DNA of 26,317 bases from a virus (lineage: Duplodnaviria > Caudoviricetes), in IMG/VR virus record IMGVR_UViG_3300038673_000086, positions 1-26,317 of that record. The stretch is one strand, 5' to 3'. Position numbers and translations under genes: made by a program. Below, piece after piece: positions 16,517 through 23,890 of the stretch. How positions within the stretch are numbered: the stretch's first letter is position 1; each line of letters starts with the position of its first letter. The notes under the pieces are model-generated. The model ran no database searches and was not told the origin of the DNA. It saw only the letters and a list, made by a program, of their open reading frames with translations.

Positions 16517-16576
16517 TTATTTTTTGATTTGTGATTTTAGTTTCTTCTTAATGGCTCTTAAACCTTGCGGGTTCAT
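16517..16576 (-). CDS. Putative 19-aa basic mini-ORF MNPQGLRAIKKKLKSQIKK
   Basis: ATG overlaps the upstream stop (TAATG); its TAA overlaps the SD (TAAGGA) of the glycosyltransferase; fills the gap. Below the track cutoff. Confidence 0.45.
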   Translation of the reverse strand: MNPQGLRAIKKKLKSQIKK

Positions 16577-17001
16577 TAGAACACCTGACCTTTTGGCTTG
16601 TAGGTGACTGGCCTGAACGCCGCTTTGTTCTTCCCTACACCATGCGCTTTCTGAAATGCGTTCATTAACTGAATACGGTCGTCTTTGGTCATGTCCCTAA
16701 ACATCTCTTTTGATTTTTTCTTACTTTCTTCCCTGACCGAAAGCAATTCATAAGCACGTTTCTGTAATTCAACTTCGGGGCGTTTGTTGCTCATGTCACC
16801 GTCATAGATTACTTTCAAATCCCTATTATCGGGTTGCCTGAAACCCCCATCAGACGCTTTCACGCAATGGAGGTTTACAGGCTCACCGTAAGGTCGTTGA
16901 TACGTTATAACGAAGTGTTCATGTTCCGGTCTAAAGACACAATCTAACCTTCGGTCTAGATTCTTGAGGTTCTTCATAAAACTTCTTTCCGGTTTAATCA
17001 T
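16576..17001 (-). CDS. Hypothetical basic protein (141 aa from ATG at 17001)
   Basis: ATG at 17001 overlaps the upstream TGA (ATGA) and has a GGGAG SD, so it is preferred to TTG at 17013. Confidence 0.7.
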   Translation of the reverse strand: MIKPERSFMKNLKNLDRRLDCVFRPEHEHFVITYQRPYGEPVNLHCVKASDGGFRQPDNRDLKVIYDGDMSNKRPEVELQKRAYELLSVREESKKKSKEMFRDMTKDDRIQLMNAFQKAHGVGKNKAAFRPVTYKPKGQVF

Positions 17002-17495
17002 TTTTGCTCCCAATCATATCCATAAACTTTGTGGTCTTGTGTTTTCATCACGTTTGAGCGACCGTGAACTGTGATTTTATTTCCTAATCCTTTTGCGTAG
17101 CCACACCAGAAGTCGCAACTTGCCTTTAGTTTGCTGTAATCCGTGATTGAAAGGGTAATCCCGTAAAGGTGAATGTCTTTGTACCCCTGATACAGAGCGA
17201 GAGCGATTGCGTAGTCAACTGTGCTTCCAAAGTAATCTGTGTCAAATTTCTCAATGACCTCTTGTATCGGGTAGTTATTTAAATCCACATAAGGGATTCC
17301 GTTTTGTTCACATTTTACTCTTGTGCGTTCCGCATCATTCTTTTCCTGCAATCCCCATCTTAGGTCGTCATAAACATTCATGTCGATGACGAGGTTGACG
17401 GGGCGTTTCAAGTAGATTTGGGTGATGCCCCATGAGTGTTCATCTAATGGAGCATCAACCCATGTATTACCTTTTCCGATAATATTAACTTTCAA
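16998..17495 (-). CDS. Small Rossmann-like protein resembling Maf/MptE-like or sialyltransferase-like domains (165 aa)
   Basis: VNIIGKGNT near the N-terminus and STVDYAIALALYQGYKDIHLYGI pattern; TTG start directly after the upstream stop. Family call is tentative. Confidence 0.5.
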   Translation of the reverse strand: MKVNIIGKGNTWVDAPLDEHSWGITQIYLKRPVNLVIDMNVYDDLRWGLQEKNDAERTRVKCEQNGIPYVDLNNYPIQEVIEKFDTDYFGSTVDYAIALALYQGYKDIHLYGITLSITDYSKLKASCDFWCGYAKGLGNKITVHGRSNVMKTQDHKVYGYDWEQK

Positions 17496-17496
17496 C

Positions 17497-18426
17497 TTAG
17501 GTCACAGTATCAACAGCCGGAGCCAAAGCACCGGAGGCCGTGCCAGCGGTATTGGTAACGTAGTTCTGGTTCATTCCCATAGCATCACCAACAATAGCCG
17601 TATCCAGCCGAACAGCCGCACCACCCATTAAGTTATTGTTATGGATAGAACCCGTAGAAGTCGTCACACAATTAATGATGTTGGTAATGGTTGCACCCAG
17701 CCAATTAATTGTGTTTCCGGCAATTTCAGCGTCAACAACAGCCGTAGAACCGCTAATACAAATTGAACCAGTAGCAGCCTTTGCGGTAATGTGAATCGTG
17801 TTGTTGAGAATCTTGGTATCATTCGTGCCGACAAGCTGAATCCATACCTGGTCAGCATTAGCAGCGGTTGCCTGACGATGATAACAATTCTGAATCGTCA
17901 ACTGGTCAGCCGCATTGGTCGTCAATACAAACTGAATAACCTGCCCCGTAGTGGGGTAGAAGTCCACCTTATTAAGCGTGACACCCGCACCAGTAATGTA
18001 GAACATCTTGACAACTTCATCTATCGTGTTGGTACATTGAATATTCTCTACAAGAACATTCGCCGCACTAATCGCAAAAGTGGAAGCAGTAGCACTCCAT
18101 GAGAGTATCGGACGGGCATTGCCGTTCCCTAAGCCGATAATCGAAACGCCCGCTATGTCTGCCGTGATTCCACCCGCACCGGCAATGGTTTCGGTGTGTT
18201 TCGGAAGAACGTAGATAACGTCTCCACGGTCTGCAACACAAGCACCTATCGCCTTGTCAATCGAGGTAAAGAGTTTGCTTTTAGGAACTCTTGAACGATA
18301 ATAATTGTAGGTTGCAGTTCCCGCAGTACCTACCCAAAATGTTTCCCCCGCACCAACAAGACCGCCGCCCAACAGTTTGTAGGGCATGATTGCGGCATCG
18401 TCAGAAATATTTCTGTCTTTAATCAT
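17497..18426 (-). CDS. Right-handed beta-helix (pectin-lyase-like) virion protein, possible head fibre/decoration (309 aa)
   Basis: FTSIDKAI..C..RGDVIYVLP cap motif followed by repeated I.NN.I / VENI / IQNC strands; directly after the capsid gene; AAGGAG SD. Confidence 0.7.
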   Translation of the reverse strand: MIKDRNISDDAAIMPYKLLGGGLVGAGETFWVGTAGTATYNYYRSRVPKSKLFTSIDKAIGACVADRGDVIYVLPKHTETIAGAGGITADIAGVSIIGLGNGNARPILSWSATASTFAISAANVLVENIQCTNTIDEVVKMFYITGAGVTLNKVDFYPTTGQVIQFVLTTNAADQLTIQNCYHRQATAANADQVWIQLVGTNDTKILNNTIHITAKAATGSICISGSTAVVDAEIAGNTINWLGATITNIINCVTTSTGSIHNNNLMGGAAVRLDTAIVGDAMGMNQNYVTNTAGTASGALAPAVDTVT

Positions 18427-18451
18427 TTTAATTCTCCTTTAATAGTTGTCC

Positions 18452-18477
18452 CTAAGAGGGGATTTCTCCCCTCCTAG
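18452..18477 (-). promoter_or_regulatory. 11-bp stem with GAAA tetraloop after the capsid gene (mRNA stabiliser or partial terminator)
   Basis: Minus strand CTAGGAGGGGA-GAAA-TCCCCTCTTAG with one G-U pair; no U-tract follows. Confidence 0.65.
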
Positions 18478-18488
18478 ATACTAGTTAT

Positions 18489-19817
18489 TTAACTGTAGAG
18501 TGAAGGTTCCACGAGGTCTTTAATCAGACACAGGTTGTTGCGCTGTTCGCAACCCAACTGCGTGTAGATGCGGAGGAAGGCATCCCACTCATCGTAGCCG
18601 GTTCTCTGGTGCAACTGCGAATTGTCCAGATTACCCCAACCCAGAGGACTCATTTCATACTTGAAAATAACGTCATCGGGGAAAGCGTAAATCAGATTCG
18701 GCTGGCACAGAGGGTCAACAATGATTTCAACAGAACCGTCACCACCGGAGAAAGTCAGAACTTCGTAACCTCCCTGAAGTTTCTGCGGGGCATATCTCAC
18801 ATCAGGCATAAGCAGATTGGCGTACTTGCGTTTCTGACCCAGACCCATGAGCATTTTCTTCACGGAAGCACCGGAAGCCGTCCGAACAACATCAATAGCC
18901 TGAAGCATCAGGTCAACGGACAGTTCACGATTCACGGAAGAATTGGACAGGATATTAGCAGCCCACTTCGGGTTGGAAGCAACGGTGATACCCTCATATA
19001 CAGACAGGTTCGTACCATCATCGAACATACCGTACAGACCGGTAATTTCTTTTGGTGTATCGGTTGTGGCGTGTGCCAAATCTCTTGCACCCATCTTGAC
19101 CGCAATCGCACCCTCAGCCAAAGTGCAGGTAACACCGTTGGTCAGTGTGGACAGTGTGGGATGGTTGGCAGCAAAAGTAGTCGCATTGGTTTCAAACGTG
19201 ACCACTTTGGTAGAAGGTTTGATGGACTTGACTCTCTGACCATAAGCAGCGGAGGCGGTCGCACCGAGAACCGTGTCGCCGGCAGAAGCGTAGAAATCCA
19301 CGACCTGACCTTCAACAAGGTACTTTATTCCGATGTCATTATCAAACGTACACGCATAGGTGGCATTAGAGGCCGCAGACGAAGCAGCGGAAATCCGACC
19401 AAGCATGCCAAAACCATCCCAGTGCATCTGACGGTTCATATCCACGACAATGCTCTGATAGATGTCGTCAATTTCATCAGCAAGACCGTCAACGAAAGCC
19501 GCTTCAGAACCCTTAGCCGCTTCAATAGCGGGGCCGGTGATTCTCAACGTACCATACAGATACGCAGGGGTAATGGTTCCGTTGATCTTAGAACCGGTCA
19601 TCGGATCGGGCAGTTTACCGGATTCAGAACGACCACCGGTGGACTGATTCCGGGCAATACGAGCCGCAAACACATAGCCCTTGCCTTTAGGAGAACGGTC
19701 GGATTTCGGGAACAGGTTATAGGTAATTTTTTCATCGGCGAACTGGTTTTTCAACCCGTCACCGTAAACATACTTCAACGCATTGGCTAAATTTGTTAAA
19801 TCAGCATAATTGGACAT
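18489..19817 (-). CDS. Major capsid protein, HK97-fold expected (442 aa)
   Basis: Position after the scaffold; ALKYVYGD, LYGTLRITGPAI, MNRQMHWDGFG, EITGLYGMFD and IIVDPLC patterns typical of phage capsids, with an Ala/Thr-rich insertion domain. Confidence 0.88.
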   Translation of the reverse strand: MSNYADLTNLANALKYVYGDGLKNQFADEKITYNLFPKSDRSPKGKGYVFAARIARNQSTGGRSESGKLPDPMTGSKINGTITPAYLYGTLRITGPAIEAAKGSEAAFVDGLADEIDDIYQSIVVDMNRQMHWDGFGMLGRISAASSAASNATYACTFDNDIGIKYLVEGQVVDFYASAGDTVLGATASAAYGQRVKSIKPSTKVVTFETNATTFAANHPTLSTLTNGVTCTLAEGAIAVKMGARDLAHATTDTPKEITGLYGMFDDGTNLSVYEGITVASNPKWAANILSNSSVNRELSVDLMLQAIDVVRTASGASVKKMLMGLGQKRKYANLLMPDVRYAPQKLQGGYEVLTFSGGDGSVEIIVDPLCQPNLIYAFPDDVIFKYEMSPLGWGNLDNSQLHQRTGYDEWDAFLRIYTQLGCEQRNNLCLIKDLVEPSLYS

Positions 19818-19828
19818 TTTTTAACTCC

Positions 19829-20662
19829 TTATTGTCCAGAGCCTTTCCTCATCATTTCCGCAAAAGCATTTCTCATGCCTTTTAGTCCTTTGGGTGGCTC
19901 TGTTTTAGTGGCCGCCGCCGAACCATCTGTTGAAGGCACACTTGGAATAGAGGCTTTCCCCTCACGGTATTCCTTAATGGCTTGTTCTTTGATTGACTTG
20001 ACCAAGTTATTGTACTTTTTGACACTATCGTTTAAAATTCTCTTGATAGCTCTCTTATCCGTTATATTGATGTCGTTGCACTCATTCCCCACGCCTAGCG
20101 TGTAAGCCAGAAAACCCTTCTCATCAGCACTCAACCCTTCAAGGTCATCCAACTGGTTTTTGATTTCCGATTCGTAGAACATGACAGCTTTCTTGGCGTT
20201 TGCCGCTTCGGTTTCTATCTGTTCTCGCCTAGAGCGTTCCGACCTTTCGGCCTCACGTTCAGCCTGAAGTCGTGCTATTGTCTGTTCGGGTGTTTCCATT
20301 CCACGCTTGCGGAGTTCTTCCTGAGTCTCCCAGTGTTTCTGGTACTGGTCTAACTTGCTGGCCTTCGCTAAAATCTCATCGAGTTTATCGAGGTCAATCT
20401 GTTTGCCGTGTACCTTCTTCCCTGACTCAACCAAATCAGTGAGTTCACTGACATCTTCAAGACCGTTTGCCTCTACAAGCGATTTAACCGCTTTCAGAAG
20501 TTTCAGGTCTTGCTTAAACCGTGGGTCGTTGTGCCACGGAACAGAGTCGGACGATTCCTCTTTTTTAGCGTCCGTTGTGGTTGACGAATCCACTTTTGCG
20601 TCTTTGACTTCTTTCTTGTCTTCAGGTTGCGACCCTGACTTTTCGCTATCTTTTTCTGACAT
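19829..20662 (-). CDS. Capsid scaffolding protein (277 aa)
   Basis: Highly charged, disordered N-terminus, central coiled coil, Pro/Ser linker and short C-terminal helix; directly upstream of the capsid gene. Confidence 0.75.
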   Translation of the reverse strand: MSEKDSEKSGSQPEDKKEVKDAKVDSSTTTDAKKEESSDSVPWHNDPRFKQDLKLLKAVKSLVEANGLEDVSELTDLVESGKKVHGKQIDLDKLDEILAKASKLDQYQKHWETQEELRKRGMETPEQTIARLQAEREAERSERSRREQIETEAANAKKAVMFYESEIKNQLDDLEGLSADEKGFLAYTLGVGNECNDINITDKRAIKRILNDSVKKYNNLVKSIKEQAIKEYREGKASIPSVPSTDGSAAATKTEPPKGLKGMRNAFAEMMRKGSGQ

Positions 20663-20735
20663 AATTTCTCCTTTGTGCGTTTTGAGAGGACTTGCCCAAC
20701 AAAGCGCAAAATTTTTGGTACTCTAATTGGTTTGA

Positions 20736-21437
20736 TTAATTACGATTGGTTCTTACAAATGCTACGTTTACAGCGTAACCTTCATCGTCATCATCGGTTA
20801 GTTTAAATCCTTCATAACCGAATGATTTTAAATAATCGTACAGTTCTTCTTTGGATGTTCCCATTTCTCCCAAAGCAGAACGGTTTATCTCTGCTATGAT
20901 CGTGGGAGAGTATTTAGTAATGAGTTTTTCAGCACCTTTGAGAGCAAGTAATTCGCACCCCTCAACATCCATTTTGATTAACTTCACGGGTTCGTCTATC
21001 AGAGAATCCAGTGTCACCATGTCAACAACTCTGGTTGGTTTCTTCTTTTTCAGTCTGGTTTTCTCATTAAACGGATGTTTGGAAACATCCCAAAGAGCAT
21101 TTCCGCCGTCATTGTCCAGATTTACAAACAGTTTAACTTTCTTGCACTCATCACCAACAGCTACATTAAACGCCGTTATTCTGTTCCAAAAACTGTTTAT
21201 CTCAATGTTATTCTGAAGGGACTTGTAGTTATCTGAATCCGCTTCAAACGCATAAACCCTGTGACAAAGTTCTGCTCCCTGAATGGCAAAAAACCCGACA
21301 TGAGAACCGCAATCAATGAAGCAATCTTCTTCTGTAAGAAGTTTCTTCATCAGGTCAGAGATTTCCTTTTCGTACTCTCCCTGATTGTCCAGCATTAATG
21401 ATTGTGTAAGTTTTGTGTCGTCTAACTCTAGTTTCAT
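20736..21437 (-). CDS. FkbM-family SAM-dependent methyltransferase (233 aa)
   Basis: FIDCGSHVGFF (motif I), VYAFEAD, NVAVGD, VTLDSL, LIKMDVEGCELLALKGA; ATGA overlap with the portal gene. Confidence 0.92.
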   Translation of the reverse strand: MKLELDDTKLTQSLMLDNQGEYEKEISDLMKKLLTEEDCFIDCGSHVGFFAIQGAELCHRVYAFEADSDNYKSLQNNIEINSFWNRITAFNVAVGDECKKVKLFVNLDNDGGNALWDVSKHPFNEKTRLKKKKPTRVVDMVTLDSLIDEPVKLIKMDVEGCELLALKGAEKLITKYSPTIIAEINRSALGEMGTSKEELYDYLKSFGYEGFKLTDDDDEGYAVNVAFVRTNRN

Positions 21438-23674
21438 TGAGTTGGTTGTTTCTTTTCCTGTGTTTTTTGGTTTTGTTTTTCTATCGCACCTTCCAACATG
21501 ATTTCGTTTCTTTTCTGGTTGGCCTCAAATACTTTATCCGCACTCACAGCACCTACTACCTGCGGTTGCGGGTCTGGATTTAAACCTAGATACTTCTGGA
21601 TTGCCTGTCCTCTTTCCATCGGCGTTAAGACGGGAAGTAATTTATCAAGCTGTAAAAACTCCCTTGCGTCCCTTGTCGGGTCTATCTGATTCTTTTCTTC
21701 CTCTACGACCTGTTGATGGTGTGCGTCTGCATGATTAATGAGTATCATCTGCACTTCTTGGGGCAGTTCTGAAAACTCGTCAGAGATAATCACTTTCCTG
21801 TGTGACTCATAGTGTACGGTGTGGTTGTCGTACTTAAACAACGGGTCGGGAGAGAGAACTTGTGAATCAGCGTCTATCACGCCCGTCTTGGGGTTCGGTT
21901 CGGCTATAAAGATTCCCTGAAAGTCCTGTGAAGATTGCGCCGAGACTATCTTGGCGTTTTCATTCTCTGCCCGTCTGTAATCGGGGTTTTCCTGTTGGGT
22001 GAATCCTGACATCCCCGCCCTTCTCAAAACTTCTTCTCTCAAATCGGGGTTCTGTGAAACATCCCCCAAAAGTCCGTTGTGTGCCGCTTCAATCAGGAAA
22101 TTCAACTTCCCTGCATTGGTGGTCGCCAAACCGGAATCAAGTTCCATTCTTACGTCCGTGTTATTTCTCAAGTCGGAGGCTTTGAATTTGACAATCTTCC
22201 ACTTGTTGCCCTTACCGGCTATTTTTAAAATGCGTTCTTCGGTGTAGATTTCCTGTGCCAGCAACAATCTCTTTTTCTGGACTCTATTTAAGGAACGGGT
22301 GAATCTCTCCAAGTCGGGTGCTTTGCATCGCTCTGCTGTTTCCCGCAAGGTGTCCACCATGATTCCAGAGGCTTTTGAACCGGGGGATTGACCTCTCAAA
22401 ATGTTTTTGGGGTCGCCGCCTATGTCCTGAATAGCCGTTCTCTGAATCGCACGTTCTTCAAGCACCTGTTGAGGTAAGGGAACTCCCTGCTCAATGTTCG
22501 GTTTCTGACCACCGCTTAAAAGCGGGTCATACTGAAGCACGGACATCCCAATCCCCAACGAACCTACATCGTCAACTTTCTTCGGGATGAGTCCGACAGG
22601 GGTAAAGAGTTTCGGCCTTGCAACGCCTTTACGATTGATAGCTAATGCTTGGTCAATCTCGTTGATAGTGTTCTGGGGGGAAATTAAACCATTGACTCCG
22701 GCTTCTGACCAGAAAGAACCGGGTATGTAATCCATGTGAAAATCAGTCAGAGAATAAAACCACTTCCCGTCCTGAACCTTAATGGGCATACGGTCGTATT
22801 TCTTGAGTACCTTATCCCCGCAAGCAATAATGTATCTTCCGTTGGGGTGTTTCATGGTGGGTTTCATTTCCACTTCTCTGAATAAAACCAGAGAATCATC
22901 TTCCGACACATAAGAAGGCGTGTCTATCACTGCACCTTTCCACGGAGATACATTCCCGATCATTCTGGTAAGCTGTCTTAGGTAATCCGTGGTGTGTGCG
23001 TCCGTGTTGGAAACCTTAATTTTAAAAGTATCTTCAACCCATTCTTTCGGTTTTAGAGACTGAATACCTATCCAGCGTTTCTTGTTGAGCCTGTCTCCGA
23101 GGGTGTCCACATACACCTGAAACGGGATGACACACTCTGTCCCTACTTCTCCAGTGACAATAGGATTTCCGTTCTTATCAAAAACCCACGAATCGCTGTC
23201 CATCCACGGGAACGCCCTTAAAAAGTTCGTCCCAAAAAGAGGAAGTCCCGTAGCTACTTTTTCTTTCTCGTCTAAAAACTCGCCTTCATTGTAATTATCG
23301 AGATATTCCAGAAGCAGTTTGCCTAATTCAGAGGCTTTGATGTCCTCTTTCTCATTGGTATTCGGGGCAACCGTGGTAACGAATCTTCTCTCTAAGATAA
23401 GAGCCTTTACACTTCTGACGTACTCTTTGATTTCGTTGGAAACCGGAGTAGGAATATAATCAGGAAGGATTCTCCGTCTAAAGGTCTTGAGGGTCTTGAC
23501 GTACTCTAAATACTGTTCTCCCAGATAGTAAAGGATGTTCCTGAACCAAATCTGTTCTTGCATGGCCCTTGAATAGTCCGTCTTGGCAACGTCAAATATC
23601 TCATTGACCGCCGAAGCCAGTGCTTTGTCGTCCTTCCATTCTTCAAACTTTTTGTAGATGTCGCTAAATCCCAT
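21434..23674 (-). CDS. Portal protein (746 aa)
   Basis: Large gene after terminase; YYLGEQY, GLISPQNTINEI and RGQSPGSKASG patterns and a Gln-rich C-terminus as in P22-like portals. Confidence 0.85.
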   Translation of the reverse strand: MGFSDIYKKFEEWKDDKALASAVNEIFDVAKTDYSRAMQEQIWFRNILYYLGEQYLEYVKTLKTFRRRILPDYIPTPVSNEIKEYVRSVKALILERRFVTTVAPNTNEKEDIKASELGKLLLEYLDNYNEGEFLDEKEKVATGLPLFGTNFLRAFPWMDSDSWVFDKNGNPIVTGEVGTECVIPFQVYVDTLGDRLNKKRWIGIQSLKPKEWVEDTFKIKVSNTDAHTTDYLRQLTRMIGNVSPWKGAVIDTPSYVSEDDSLVLFREVEMKPTMKHPNGRYIIACGDKVLKKYDRMPIKVQDGKWFYSLTDFHMDYIPGSFWSEAGVNGLISPQNTINEIDQALAINRKGVARPKLFTPVGLIPKKVDDVGSLGIGMSVLQYDPLLSGGQKPNIEQGVPLPQQVLEERAIQRTAIQDIGGDPKNILRGQSPGSKASGIMVDTLRETAERCKAPDLERFTRSLNRVQKKRLLLAQEIYTEERILKIAGKGNKWKIVKFKASDLRNNTDVRMELDSGLATTNAGKLNFLIEAAHNGLLGDVSQNPDLREEVLRRAGMSGFTQQENPDYRRAENENAKIVSAQSSQDFQGIFIAEPNPKTGVIDADSQVLSPDPLFKYDNHTVHYESHRKVIISDEFSELPQEVQMILINHADAHHQQVVEEEKNQIDPTRDAREFLQLDKLLPVLTPMERGQAIQKYLGLNPDPQPQVVGAVSADKVFEANQKRNEIMLEGAIEKQNQKTQEKKQPTQ

Positions 23675-23890
23675 TTAGTTCACCGGAAATACATCTTTAG
23701 GGTATTCTAAAGTGTATTCTTGTTGAGGTCCTTCTTTTCTGGCTTCAAATACGGCGTATTCCTTGTAATCCTTCGCCATCAGTCTGTTCAAAAGGTCTTT
23801 TTTTTCATTCTGAAGTGAATTGATTAAGAGTCCCACGGAAACAAACAGAAAAATGTTCAAAAAAACCGAAATCGCTATGAGAATTTCCAT
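23675..23890 (-). CDS. Small membrane-anchored hypothetical protein (71 aa)
   Basis: N-terminal hydrophobic helix (ILIAISVFLNIFLFVSVGLLI); TAATG coupling to terminase; abuts the portal start. Confidence 0.7.
   Translation of the reverse strand: MEILIAISVFLNIFLFVSVGLLINSLQNEKKDLLNRLMAKDYKEYAVFEARKEGPQQEYTLEYPKDVFPVN

Noticed and set aside
18609-19790. 393-aa plus-strand ORF
   Set aside because: Lies wholly antisense to the capsid gene, has no recognisable motif, and is explained as a codon-bias shadow.
20672-20711. Imperfect hairpin upstream of the scaffold SD as an autoregulatory element
   Set aside because: Pairing is short and interrupted; only an analogy to P22 scaffold autoregulation supports it.
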